In this document: positions 1 through 9,243 of the stretch, piece by piece | How the letters are laid out: each line of letters starts with the position of its first letter | How positions within the stretch are numbered: the stretch's first letter is position 1 | Assembly: GCA_943371945.1 (NCBI GenBank) | Contig: CALRWU020000001.1 | Location: 1-26,838, forward strand | From: Azorhizobium sp. AG788 | Lineage (GTDB): Bacteria > Pseudomonadota > Alphaproteobacteria > Caulobacterales > Hyphomonadaceae | Length of the DNA stretch: 26,838 nucleotides | Direction: 5' to 3' | Made by a program: the position numbers and the translations under genes | Notes under the pieces: model-generated | What the model saw: the letters and a program-made list of their open reading frames with translations, nothing else | What the model was told of the DNA's origin: nothing | Databases searched by the model: none

Positions 1-499
1 AGCCTTCAGGCGGTAGCGTGTTCCAGAAGCCTTCACCGCTCGGGTGGCGCATGTGCGTTTCGACGAAGTCCAGCGTGCGATGCATCCATTCGCGCGACAG
101 GGCATCCTTGGTCGCCTTGTGGCGCCAGGCGAAGCCGAACAGGACGAAAGCATGATCGTAGAGATCCGGCGTGGGGTCCTCCACGTCGCCAGTCTGCGAC
201 AGCTGACGCGCGAATCCTTTGTCAGCGCCCTGCCAGACGCGATTGATCAGGTAGTCGATGCCCGGCGCAGCGAGTTCGTTCCCCGCCGACCAGCCGAGTA
301 TGGCGGCGTGGGAAAAGACATAGACCTGCCGCGCCGCGACGCGCGTGCGCTTGTAGCCAACCTCGGCATCGCGCCCCTCTTTCGTCAGTTGTTCGACATA
401 CCCGCCATTGTCGCCGTCCAGGCCGTGGACCGCCCAGAATGGCAGTGCCGAATCAAACATCCACGATCTGATGGCTTCGCGCGCTTCAGCCGAATGCAT
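1..499 (-). CDS. AGE-family (N-acylglucosamine 2-epimerase-like) sugar epimerase/isomerase, N-terminal part; runs off the window edge
   Basis: Not in the ORF track; translated by hand from ATG at 499: MHSAEAREAIRSWMFDSALPFWAVHGLD...GYKRTRVAARQVYVFSHA...DLYDHAFVLFGFAW. The 'LPFW', 'KRTRV..RQ.YVF' and 'DLYD.AF.LF' motifs are typical of the family. GGAG RBS upstream. Confidence 0.88.
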   Translation of the reverse strand, partial: MHSAEAREAIRSWMFDSALPFWAVHGLDGDNGGYVEQLTKEGRDAEVGYKRTRVAARQVYVFSHAAILGWSAGNELAAPGIDYLINRVWQGADKGFARQLSQTGDVEDPTPDLYDHAFVLFGFAWRHKATKDALSREWMHRTLDFVETHMRHPSGEGFWNTLPPEG

Positions 500-659
500 G
501 ACGCTCCCTTTGATCCAACCACCTTATGTCTCCCCTAGCAGATCGTATTGGGCGGTGAAAATATTGATCACAGGGGTGGAGTTGGTGGTCTAAAGACGCT
601 AGCGCAGTTTTATCGTCTATGGCCAAGGCACGGTTGGTTGCCTCGAACGTTTGCACAGC

Positions 660-1649
660 ATGGGAAATGACCGTCCACAAACCATCCTGTTGACCGGCGC
701 GGCCGGATTCATCGGCTATCACGTCGCTAACCGGCTGCTGGATGCGGGCATCAGTGTCAGGGGCGTCGACAATCTGAATGACTATTATCCCGTGACGCTG
801 AAGCAAGATCGGCTCAAGCGTCTGAACGATCGCGCCGGGTTCCAGTTCCACCAGATCGACATTGCCGATCATCAGGCTCTCCGTGCGGTCGATGGGCTCA
901 ATGAAGCGGACGCCGTCATCCATCTCGCGGCCCAGGCCGGAGTGCGCTACTCGATCGACAATCCGTTCGCCTACGCGCAGTCGAACCTTGTCGGTCACCT
1001 GTCGATCCTTGAGCTGGTGCGCCATCATCCCAAAAAGCCACGCCTGGTCTATGCGTCGTCGTCGTCTGTCTATGGCAACTCAGCGACCGCGCCCTATTCA
1101 GAACAGGATCGCGTCGACCATCCGGTTTCACTCTACGCAGCGACCAAACGCTCGAACGAGATGATGAGCGAGTCCTACGCGAATCTCTATGCCATGGATC
1201 AGGTCGGCCTGCGGTTCTTCACAGTCTACGGCCCGTGGGGCCGACCGGACATGGCCTACTGGTCTTTCACACGCGACATTATCGCGGGTACGCCGATCCG
1301 CGTGTTCAACAATGGCGAGCTCGAACGCGATTTCACCTGGATCGACGATATTGTCTCCGGCGTCGTTGCGACCGCACTGCAGGCCCCGGCGACACCGCAG
1401 CCGCTGCACCGCGTCTACAACATCGGCAACAACCGCCCCGTGCAGCTCGGCCATTTCATCGCCGTCATCGAAGACGCGATTGGCCGCAAGGCGGAGCGCA
1501 TCATGCTGCCGATGCAGCAGGGCGACGTGAAGGCCACCTGCGCCAATATCGACGCGCTGAAGCGCGACTATGGCTTTACGCCTTCCACGCGCCTGGAAGA
1601 CGGGCTGCCGCAATTCGTGCGCTGGTATCGCGACTACACCGGGAGCTGA
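660..1649 (+). CDS. NAD-dependent epimerase, UDP-glucuronate 4-epimerase type (LpsL/Uge/CapI-like)
   Basis: TGAAGFIG Rossmann motif, HLAAQAGVRYS, YAATK (YxxxK), GLRFFTVYGPWGRPDMA. ATG at 660 preferred over TTG at 651. Confidence 0.9.
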   Translation: MGNDRPQTILLTGAAGFIGYHVANRLLDAGISVRGVDNLNDYYPVTLKQDRLKRLNDRAGFQFHQIDIADHQALRAVDGLNEADAVIHLAAQAGVRYSIDNPFAYAQSNLVGHLSILELVRHHPKKPRLVYASSSSVYGNSATAPYSEQDRVDHPVSLYAATKRSNEMMSESYANLYAMDQVGLRFFTVYGPWGRPDMAYWSFTRDIIAGTPIRVFNNGELERDFTWIDDIVSGVVATALQAPATPQPLHRVYNIGNNRPVQLGHFIAVIEDAIGRKAERIMLPMQQGDVKATCANIDALKRDYGFTPSTRLEDGLPQFVRWYRDYTGS

Positions 1650-1652
1650 GGC

Positions 1653-2708
1653 TCACGCCCCGGCGAAGCCCGGCGTCCAGAAGCCAAACGAAGCATTCTC
1701 AGCCGTCGGATTGCGCGTGGGGTCGACCTTGATGCCCAGCACTTCCACGTTTGGGCTCCCAACGAGAGAGACACCCGCTGCGAGCAGCTTGTAGTTCGCG
1801 CCATCCGATACATAGACGTATTGCGTCGTCGTTCCGTGCTGGGGATCGCGCGGAATGTCCTTGAGAAACTCAGGCGCCAATCCCGGAATCCAGTTCGCGC
1901 CACGTTCGTTGAGACCAGCCAGCGCTGCCGCTTGCGGGAACGCGCCGTGCTTGGCCTGGTAGGCCTTCAGCGCGTCGTTGATCGTCACCAGGTCCTGCAC
2001 ACGCTTGCGGTTCACGACGCGCGGGTCAGGCGGAGGTGCGCCCGCGACTGCAGCAGGCGGTTGAGCGGAGGCTTGAGGCTTGCGCACCGCTTCGGCGACG
2101 GGTGCGGCAGGGGCCGCGACCGGAGCTGGTGCAGGTGGGATCGGTGCTGCGGGCTGCGGCGGCGGTGGGGCGGCCGCTACGGGTGGAGGCGCCACGGGCG
2201 CGACAGGAGCCGGCGCAGGAGCGGGCTGGACAGGCGGAGCGACAGGCGCTGGCTGGGGCGGTGTGGGCGCTGCGGCGACCGGCGCAGGGGCTGCAGCAGC
2301 GGGCTGGATTGGCGGGGGCTTGGGAGCCGCAGCCATGGGTGGGGCCACCGACGCCGGCGGGGCGGGCGGGGTAACGGGTGTATCGATCGGGGCGACGGGT
2401 TTCGGCTTGGCCGGGCGTGGCGTCTCGCGGGCCATCGCGGGGGGCTTCACGACGGGAACGTCCTTGCGTTTCTTCTTGCCGCCCGTCGCCGCTGCAATGA
2501 TGATCAACAGCAGGCCGAACCCGGCGGCGCCACCGCCCGCATAGAGCGCCATCGGCGTTTTCAGGAAATCGCGCGACCCCGGGACCTTGTCGAAGGCCTG
2601 ATTCAGCACGTCGATGGTCGAAAGATCGATTGGCGCATATTGGGCGCCAGCCACCGCTCCCCCGCCAAGCATCAGCAGGAGGCCCAGAAAAATCACAAAA
2701 CCACGCAC
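1653..2708 (-). CDS. Membrane protein: two hydrophobic segments, long Pro/Ala linker, C-terminal GspG/pilin-head-like domain
   Basis: GTG start with AGGAG RBS. Hydrophobic at aa 4-22 and 54-75, then KKKRK. Pro/Ala-rich aa ~84-229. C-terminus R..DL..I..AL.AY....G.FP...WIPGL.P.FL..IP.DP...Y.Y.SDG.NY.L.A resembles pilin/GspG head consensus. Confidence 0.8.
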   Translation of the reverse strand: MRGFVIFLGLLLMLGGGAVAGAQYAPIDLSTIDVLNQAFDKVPGSRDFLKTPMALYAGGGAAGFGLLLIIIAAATGGKKKRKDVPVVKPPAMARETPRPAKPKPVAPIDTPVTPPAPPASVAPPMAAAPKPPPIQPAAAAPAPVAAAPTPPQPAPVAPPVQPAPAPAPVAPVAPPPVAAAPPPPQPAAPIPPAPAPVAAPAAPVAEAVRKPQASAQPPAAVAGAPPPDPRVVNRKRVQDLVTINDALKAYQAKHGAFPQAAALAGLNERGANWIPGLAPEFLKDIPRDPQHGTTTQYVYVSDGANYKLLAAGVSLVGSPNVEVLGIKVDPTRNPTAENASFGFWTPGFAGA

Positions 2709-2834
2709 GCAAAACTCCTATCCCCGGCAACAGACTAGCGTGCCCGTCGCCGGTCCTCAACGCTTCCTTGCCGATACTCTGCACACGCGAAGCAGGCAGA
2801 TGACATTCGCGTAAAACTGGGTCAAATGCGCCGC

Positions 2835-3794
2835 ATGCCAGAGCATTCGCATATCACGACAGCACGTCGCGTCCTCGCACTTGAGGCCGAAGCCCTGACC
2901 CTTCTGGCCATCGGTCTTGATGATCGATTTGTCCGGGCGGTCGATACGATCCTGGCCGCCAAGGGCAGGGTGATCTGCACTGGCATCGGCAAGTCGGGCC
3001 ATGTCGCGCGGAAGATCGCGGCGACGATGGCGTCGACCGGCACGCAGGCCTATTTCGTCCACGCCACCGAGGCCAGCCATGGCGATCTTGGCATGATCGG
3101 TCAGGACGATGTGGTGCTGGCCCTCTCCAAGTCGGGCGAGACCAAAGAACTCGCCGACATGCTGAGCTACGCCAAGCGCTACTCCATCCCGCTGATAGGT
3201 ATGACCTCGAAGCCGGATTCGACGCTCGGCCGCGCCGCCGACATCCTGCTGCAGACGCCTGACGCCGCCGAAGCGTGCGCCGAAACCAACGCGCCGACGA
3301 CATCGACGACGCTGATGATCGCCCTGGGCGATGCGCTCGCCGTCGCCTTGCTTGAGAGCAAGGGCTTCAAGGCCGATCACTTCAAGGTCTTCCATCCGGG
3401 CGGCAAGCTCGGCGCCATGCTGCGCACCGCGGGCGATGTGATGCACACATCCACCGAGCTGCCGATCGTGCCCTCGGGTGCGCCCTTCATCGATGGGGTC
3501 AAGGCGATGACCGCGAAGGGCTTCGGCGTTCTCGGCGTCGTCCATTCCGATGGCACGCTCGCCGGGCTCGTCACCGATGGCGACCTGCGCCGCTACATCA
3601 CCAACGGAAAGTCCGTCGCGACCATCGACGACGTCATGACAAAATCGCCACGCACCGCGGAGCCTTCATCGCTCGCCGCTGACGTGCTGCGCACCATGAA
3701 CGAGCGCAAGATCACTCAGATGTTCGTGCTCGACGGCGGCAAGCCTGTCGGCCTGATCCACATGCATGACCTGCTGAAGGCGGGATTGGCCTGA
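2835..3794 (+). CDS. kdsD: Arabinose-5-phosphate isomerase, KpsF/GutQ family (SIS + 2 CBS)
   Basis: TGIGKSGHVARKIAATMASTGT, EASHGDLG, SKSGET, APTTSTT, HPGGKLG, C-terminal CBS pair (VTDGDLRR; LIHMHDLL). Alternative ATG at 2826. Confidence 0.95.
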   Translation: MPEHSHITTARRVLALEAEALTLLAIGLDDRFVRAVDTILAAKGRVICTGIGKSGHVARKIAATMASTGTQAYFVHATEASHGDLGMIGQDDVVLALSKSGETKELADMLSYAKRYSIPLIGMTSKPDSTLGRAADILLQTPDAAEACAETNAPTTSTTLMIALGDALAVALLESKGFKADHFKVFHPGGKLGAMLRTAGDVMHTSTELPIVPSGAPFIDGVKAMTAKGFGVLGVVHSDGTLAGLVTDGDLRRYITNGKSVATIDDVMTKSPRTAEPSSLAADVLRTMNERKITQMFVLDGGKPVGLIHMHDLLKAGLA

Positions 3795-4436
3795 GTGGCG
3801 AAAGAGGAAATCAAGGCTAGCCTGCTGGCGAACCTAGAGGGTCTCCTCGATCCCTACATGCGAGACAACGCGTTCGCTCGTCATAAAACGAGTCTGATTT
3901 ATACGCGCAAGTTGCATGGTTCGACGCAGAAGATTCATCTACCAATCCAGATTCATCCGTCGGACAATCCTCACGCTGCTGCCGCTCTTTATCCCCAGAT
4001 GGAGGTGTTCTTGCCTGCGGTCGATAGGGTCCGTGACGCCATGATTGGCGACGATCTCGGTCTTCTTGAAGGAGTTACGGGGCGCACATCACATCAGCCG
4101 ATTGGGTTCACGGCTGAGAAAGCGCATCCGGGGCGCTGGTACATATTTCAGACCGACTCTGTGGCCGATGTCGTGAGCGAGATGAAGGCCTTCATTGAAC
4201 GTTGGACAATGCCTTTTCTAGATGGCTACGCGACGCCTGACGATATGCTTGAAGCGGACCGAAAGAACGACGGAAGAATGATTCGGGATCGAGCGCAGAT
4301 TGTGCGGGTGGTTGCGGCGGCGCTTGTTTGTAATCAGAAAGGCTATGCGCTGGAGCTTATGGGAAAATGGCTTGGTGCGCCCGGCCTGCGCAAACGTTAC
4401 GAGCGGGTCTACAAGTTCATCGAACAGACCGTGTAA
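3795..4436 (+). CDS. Hypothetical protein with low GC; loosely DUF4304/immunity-like
   Basis: 213-aa ORF fills the kdsD-kdsB gap, GTG directly after the kdsD stop. Hand count 30/60 GC at 3841-3900 vs 40/60 in kdsD at 3481-3540. The family resemblance is weak. Confidence 0.65.
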   Translation: MAKEEIKASLLANLEGLLDPYMRDNAFARHKTSLIYTRKLHGSTQKIHLPIQIHPSDNPHAAAALYPQMEVFLPAVDRVRDAMIGDDLGLLEGVTGRTSHQPIGFTAEKAHPGRWYIFQTDSVADVVSEMKAFIERWTMPFLDGYATPDDMLEADRKNDGRMIRDRAQIVRVVAAALVCNQKGYALELMGKWLGAPGLRKRYERVYKFIEQTV

Positions 4437-4472
4437 AAGCGATCGTGATACATTCATAGCAAGCGGTACAGC

Positions 4473-5273
4473 ATGAAATCCGTCATCGTCATTCCCGCGC
4501 GCTATGCCTCCACGCGCTTCCCCGGAAAGCCGCTGCATCCGATCAATGGCGTCTCCATGCTGGCCCGCACCGTCGCCGCAGCCCGCGCCGCAGGGCAGGC
4601 GACCGGCGCGCGTGTGCTCGTCGCCACCGATGACGATCGCATCGCCGCCCACGCGCGTGAAATCGGCGCCGAGCCGGTGATGACCCATCCTGATCTTCCT
4701 TCAGGGACGGACCGCTGCCGCGCCGCCGCAGAACTCGCCGCCCCCGAGGCCGACTTCATCGTCAACCTGCAGGGCGACGCGCCCTTCACCCCGCCCGCCC
4801 ACGTCTCCGCCCTGATCGACAACGCCCAGCGCGCCGATGTCGTGACGCCCGTGATCAACCTCACCTGGGAAGCGCTCGACGCCTTGCGCGAGCACAAGGT
4901 CTCGACGCCCTTCTCGGGCACCACCTGCATTCGTGGCGAAGACGGCCGCGCCATCTGGTTCTCGAAGAATATCCTTCCTGCCATCCGCAGCGAAGCAAAA
5001 CTCCGCACCGCCGGCCCCCTGTCGCCCGTGCTCCAGCACGTCGGCCTCTACGGCTACACGCGCAAGGCGCTGGACCGAATCGCTGCCCTGAAGCCCTCCC
5101 GCTACGAAGAACTCGAGGGCCTTGAGCAGCTCCGCTTTATCGAGAACGGCCTTAGCGTGTATGCGGTGCCGGTCGCGGCCTCACAGCTTCCCTCGGCGGG
5201 GATCGATACGCCGCAGGATGTTGCCAAGGCCGAGGCCGCGCTTGCGAAGCTGGGCGACCCCTACAAGGAATAG
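4473..5273 (+). CDS. kdsB: 3-deoxy-manno-octulosonate cytidylyltransferase (CMP-Kdo synthetase)
   Basis: IPARYASTRFPGKPL, VATDD.RI, SGTDR, VNLQGD, H.GLYGY, E.LEGLEQLR, IDTPQD. Confidence 0.95.
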   Translation: MKSVIVIPARYASTRFPGKPLHPINGVSMLARTVAAARAAGQATGARVLVATDDDRIAAHAREIGAEPVMTHPDLPSGTDRCRAAAELAAPEADFIVNLQGDAPFTPPAHVSALIDNAQRADVVTPVINLTWEALDALREHKVSTPFSGTTCIRGEDGRAIWFSKNILPAIRSEAKLRTAGPLSPVLQHVGLYGYTRKALDRIAALKPSRYEELEGLEQLRFIENGLSVYAVPVAASQLPSAGIDTPQDVAKAEAALAKLGDPYKE

Positions 5274-5378
5274 CGGGCCTGTTGCGGCATGCCGCGGCTA
5301 ACCCAATGGCCAAGCAAGGCTGGTCCTGCCCCAGAACCCGCGCTATCAGGGCGCAGTTCATTTTGCGTGGGCCCTCAC

Positions 5379-7463
5379 ATGAAAAAGACTCTCGCTCGTT
5401 TGCTGCTTGCTGGCGCGTTCGCTCTTGCGCTTGCGCCGCTTGCCGACGCCAAGCCGTTCACCGCGCGCGACATGGTCACGCTTGATCGTCTCAGCGACCC
5501 GCGCATCTCTCCGGATGGACGGTGGGTTATCTACGCGCGTCGCGTCGCCGACTACGAGGCGAACAAGGCCGCCAGCGAACTCTGGCTTGTTGATCTCAAC
5601 GACAAGACGCCCGCGCCTGTGCGCCTGCCGGCCTCCGATGGCGGCGTCAGCAGCGCGCGCTGGTCGGCCGATGGCCGCAGCATCTATTTCCTGTCCAGCC
5701 GCAGCGGTTCATCGCAGGTCTGGCGGACCGACCTGGCAACGCGCAATTCGGTGAAGATCACGGACCTGCCCCTCGATGTCGGTTCCTTCCGCACCTCGCC
5801 GGATGGCCAGACACTGCTGGTCAGCATGGCCGTCTATCCCGACTGCGCCACACTCGAATGCACCGTGCAGAAGGCCGCCGCGCCGAAAGCAACCGCCGGC
5901 GCCAAGGCCAACGGCGTCGTCTTTGATCGCGTTTTCATCCGTCACTGGGATGAGTGGTTCGACGGCACGCGCACCCAGCTGTTCGCGCTGGATCTCGATC
6001 CCGCCGGAACGGCGTCCAATCCGCGCCCGCTGATGAAGGGCTTCGACGGCGACAGCCCGACCAAGCCCTTCGGCGACGAAACCGACTACGCCTTCAGCGC
6101 CGATGGCAAGTCAGTGGTCTTCTCCGCCAAGGTCGCCGGCAAGAGCGAGCCCTGGACGACGAACTACGATCTCTGGAAGATCGCCGCGCTCACCGGTAGC
6201 GCCGCCCCGCAGAACACCACTGAAAGCAACACGGCGTGGGACGCAGGCCCTGTCTATGCACCGGGCGGCAGGCTGATGGCCTATCGCGCCATGAAACGCC
6301 CCGGCTTCGAAGCGGACCGCTATCAGATCATGATCCGCGAGGAGGATGCTGGCGGATTCAAGGATCGCCCGCTCGCGCCCGGCTGGGATCGCTCCGCCGA
6401 CGCCATCGCCTGGAGCGCCGATGCGAAAACCATCTACGCGCTCGCCGGCGACATTGGCCAGACACGCATCTTCGCCATCGATGTCCAGACCGGCAAGGTC
6501 ACGCCCGTCACGGGTCCCGGCCATGTCAGCGCTTTCGACGTCAACGCAAAGGGCGTCGTCTATGCGTGGGATGACCTGCTCACCCCCGCCCAGATCTTCT
6601 TCCTGCCCGCCAAGGCCGGTTCAAAGCCGGTGAAGCTCACCGACGCCAACGCAGACAGGCTCAAAGACGTGCAGATGGGCGCGGCCGAGCAGTTCTCGTT
6701 CAACGGCTGGAACAACGAGACGGTCTACGGCTATCTCGTGAAGCCCGCCAACTTCGACCCCGCGAAGAAGTATCCGGTCGCCTTCCTCATCCATGGCGGA
6801 CCGCAGGGCTCGTTCGGCAACCTGTTCCACTATCGCTGGAATGCGCAGACCTATGCGGGCGCTGGCTATGCCGTGGTGATGATCGATTTCCACGGCTCCA
6901 CCGGCTACGGCCAGGGCTTTACCGATTCGATCAGTCAGCACTGGGGCGACCGTCCGCTGGAAGACCTGCAAAAGGGCTGGGCCCACGCGCTCTCGAAATA
7001 CAGCTTCCTCGATGGCGGCCGCGCCTGCGCGCTCGGCGGTTCATACGGCGGCTTCATGGTCAACTGGATTGCGGGCAACTGGAGCCAGCCGTGGAAATGC
7101 CTCGTCAATCACGATGGCATCTTCGATGCGCGCTTCATGGGCTATTCGACCGAAGAGCTCTGGTTCTCCGAATGGGAGAATGGCGGCACGCCGTGGACGC
7201 CGGGCACGACCTACGAAAAATTCAACCCCGCCAACTTCGTCCAGAACTGGCGCGTGCCCGAACTCGTGATCCACGGTGGCCGCGACTTCCGCGTGCCGCT
7301 GGAGCAGGGCATCGCCACCTTCACCGCACTCCAGCGCAAAGGCGTCGACTCGAAATTCCTCTACTTCCCGGAGGAGAACCACTGGGTCCTCAAGGCGCAG
7401 AACTCCGTCCAGTGGCACGACGAAGTGATGGCTTGGTTGAACAAGCACGCGCCGGCGAACTAG
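5379..7463 (+). CDS. S9-family secreted peptidase (dipeptidyl-peptidase 5 / acylaminoacyl peptidase-like), beta-propeller + alpha/beta hydrolase
   Basis: Signal peptide MKKTLARLLLAGAFALALAPLADA, repeated SPDG/SADG propeller motifs, IHGGPQG, GGSYGG (Ser), DFRVP (Asp), ENHWV (His). ATG at 5379 chosen over 5289. Confidence 0.93.
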   Translation: MKKTLARLLLAGAFALALAPLADAKPFTARDMVTLDRLSDPRISPDGRWVIYARRVADYEANKAASELWLVDLNDKTPAPVRLPASDGGVSSARWSADGRSIYFLSSRSGSSQVWRTDLATRNSVKITDLPLDVGSFRTSPDGQTLLVSMAVYPDCATLECTVQKAAAPKATAGAKANGVVFDRVFIRHWDEWFDGTRTQLFALDLDPAGTASNPRPLMKGFDGDSPTKPFGDETDYAFSADGKSVVFSAKVAGKSEPWTTNYDLWKIAALTGSAAPQNTTESNTAWDAGPVYAPGGRLMAYRAMKRPGFEADRYQIMIREEDAGGFKDRPLAPGWDRSADAIAWSADAKTIYALAGDIGQTRIFAIDVQTGKVTPVTGPGHVSAFDVNAKGVVYAWDDLLTPAQIFFLPAKAGSKPVKLTDANADRLKDVQMGAAEQFSFNGWNNETVYGYLVKPANFDPAKKYPVAFLIHGGPQGSFGNLFHYRWNAQTYAGAGYAVVMIDFHGSTGYGQGFTDSISQHWGDRPLEDLQKGWAHALSKYSFLDGGRACALGGSYGGFMVNWIAGNWSQPWKCLVNHDGIFDARFMGYSTEELWFSEWENGGTPWTPGTTYEKFNPANFVQNWRVPELVIHGGRDFRVPLEQGIATFTALQRKGVDSKFLYFPEENHWVLKAQNSVQWHDEVMAWLNKHAPAN

Positions 7464-7468
7464 CGCCT

Positions 7469-8335
7469 CTACTCGAATACCACCGTCCGTGCGCCGTTCA
7501 TGAAGATCCGGCCCTCGGTGTGCAGCTTCACCGCGCGCGCCAGAACGCGCGCTTCGGTGTCGCGGCCTTTCGCGGTCATCACATCCGGCTGGTCGACATG
7601 CGTCGTCGGCTCTACCGCCTGCGCAATGATCGGACCTTCGTCGAGATCGCTCGTCACATAGTGCGCCGTCGCGCCGATCAATTTCACGCCGCGATTGAAT
7701 GCCTGTGTGTAGGGCTTTGCGCCCTTGAAGCCCGGCAGGAAGGAATGGTGGATGTTGATACAGCGCCCGGCCAGCTTCGCGCTCAGCTCCGTTGACAGGA
7801 TCTGCATGTAGCGGGCGAGCACGACGAGATCGACTTTCAGCGTATCGACCAGCTCAAGGATGCGCGCCTCTGCCGCCTCCTTGCCGATCCGGTCGGTGGG
7901 CAGGTGGTAGTAGGGCACGCCATGCCGGTCCGCGAGCCACGCGCAGGTCAGGTGGTTGGATACAATCGCCGGCACATTCATGTTCAGCGAGCCGATGCGC
8001 TGGCGATAGAGCAGGTCGTTGAGACAATGGTCGGCCGTCGACACAAGGATCAGCACGTTGGGCTTGGCGCGCGCGTCGATCACCTCCCAGTCCATGCCCC
8101 ATTTCTGCGCCACAGCCGCAAACTCGGCGCTGAACTTGGCCAGCGTGAATCCATCCACGGTCGGTGAGAACAGCAGGCGCATGAAGAACATGCCTGAAGC
8201 CGCATCCCCGAAGTTCGCCGTCTCGGCGATGAATAGCCGGCGCTCCGCGAGGAAGACCGCTACATTGGCCACGATGCCGATCGCGTCCCTGCACGCGGCA
8301 CGCAGGATGAAACGTTCTTGAGTCTCAGGTGTCAT
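7469..8335 (-). CDS. purU: Formyltetrahydrofolate deformylase
   Basis: N-terminal ACT-like region, DLVVLARYMQILS, INIHHSFLPGFKGAKPY, GVKLIGATAHYVT.DLDEGPII. Confidence 0.95.
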   Translation of the reverse strand: MTPETQERFILRAACRDAIGIVANVAVFLAERRLFIAETANFGDAASGMFFMRLLFSPTVDGFTLAKFSAEFAAVAQKWGMDWEVIDARAKPNVLILVSTADHCLNDLLYRQRIGSLNMNVPAIVSNHLTCAWLADRHGVPYYHLPTDRIGKEAAEARILELVDTLKVDLVVLARYMQILSTELSAKLAGRCINIHHSFLPGFKGAKPYTQAFNRGVKLIGATAHYVTSDLDEGPIIAQAVEPTTHVDQPDVMTAKGRDTEARVLARAVKLHTEGRIFMNGARTVVFE

Positions 8336-8430
8336 GGCGGCGTACCCCTTCGGCCGTTTCCTGCCAGAGACAGGTTACAGCGCCGGTAACGCAGGCAACA
8401 GCCGCCGGGCAAATGGCAGATCGGGAGAGG

Positions 8431-9240
8431 TCAGCGCGGGGTCTGGCTACGGACAGCCTTGCCGATGCGCACCGGGAAAAGCTGGTTGGCCGCTACCGGC
8501 TGCGCCTGGCACAGCTCGGTCAGCCCGCGCCAGTCGAACCGATTGCGCGAGAACCCGACGAACCAGTCGATAAAGCTCCACGCGTCCGCATCGTGAACGA
8601 GGTGATGCGTGAGGAGGCCGATCGGCTCCTCGAATGCGCCCATGCCGCGCCGCGCCTCGAGCTGCCGGCGCAGCGCATTCAGGATGCGATACTTGCCGCG
8701 GAATTTCGGCGTACCCTTCCAGCGCAGGATATCGACTTGGGCGCCGATATGCTTCAGCCCGTCGCGCGCCTTGCCGGTCACGCCCACCGAATAGGTGTCG
8801 TACTTCGCCGCCTTGATCGCTTCGATCAGCCTGTCGCTGGCCTCGTTCCACGGCGGCACGAAGATCAGCGGCGGCAGACCCGCCGCAACAAGACGTGCGC
8901 GCCCCGCCGCCACTGCTGCATTGATAGCTGCCTGCGCCGCCTCCGGCGGAAATTCACTGCGTGGTCCGCCCGGCGGCAGATTGTTCGTGTGGTGAATGCC
9001 GTGCTGCGCAACCGTCACGCCGCTCACCGAGCTCAGACGGTTGGCCAACGGGGCAGGGTCCACATCGGGTATCACGGCCAACGTCAGTGGCAGTCCGCTC
9101 CGCGACTCCAGAAGTCGATCCAGCTGCCAGGTGGGCTCGCGTGCATCGTCGTCGCGCCACCACATCACCGGCACGCGCCAGGCCCGGCGCCAGATGCCCA
9201 ACTCGTGGTTGAGCCGTACGAGAGCAATCCTATCCCGCAC
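8431..9240 (-). CDS. Polysaccharide deacetylase family protein (NodB/CE4-like fold)
   Basis: WWRDDDA (acidic metal motif), PLTLAVIP, QHGIHHTN, FVPPWN, IGLLTHHLVHD. GTG start 3 nt after the GT25 stop. Confidence 0.78.
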   Translation of the reverse strand: MRDRIALVRLNHELGIWRRAWRVPVMWWRDDDAREPTWQLDRLLESRSGLPLTLAVIPDVDPAPLANRLSSVSGVTVAQHGIHHTNNLPPGGPRSEFPPEAAQAAINAAVAAGRARLVAAGLPPLIFVPPWNEASDRLIEAIKAAKYDTYSVGVTGKARDGLKHIGAQVDILRWKGTPKFRGKYRILNALRRQLEARRGMGAFEEPIGLLTHHLVHDADAWSFIDWFVGFSRNRFDWRGLTELCQAQPVAANQLFPVRIGKAVRSQTPR

Positions 9241-9243
9241 GCG

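Noticed and set aside
625-643. sigma-54-like GGCAC...TTGC upstream of the epimerase
   Set aside because: GG to GC spacing is 11 nt on both strands rather than the required 10.
1821-2784. Gly/Ala- and Arg-rich ORFs in other frames over the Pro/Ala region
   Set aside because: Alternative-frame readings of the same low-complexity DNA; only 1653-2708 has an RBS, TM segments and a folded-looking domain.
5284-5295. Perfect palindrome GCGGCATGCCGC after kdsB
   Set aside because: No loop or U-tract; short GC-rich palindromes are expected by chance at this composition.
8336-8430. Possible ZTP/pfl riboswitch upstream of purU
   Set aside because: The conserved ZTP aptamer segments are not visible on the minus strand, and the spacer is short.
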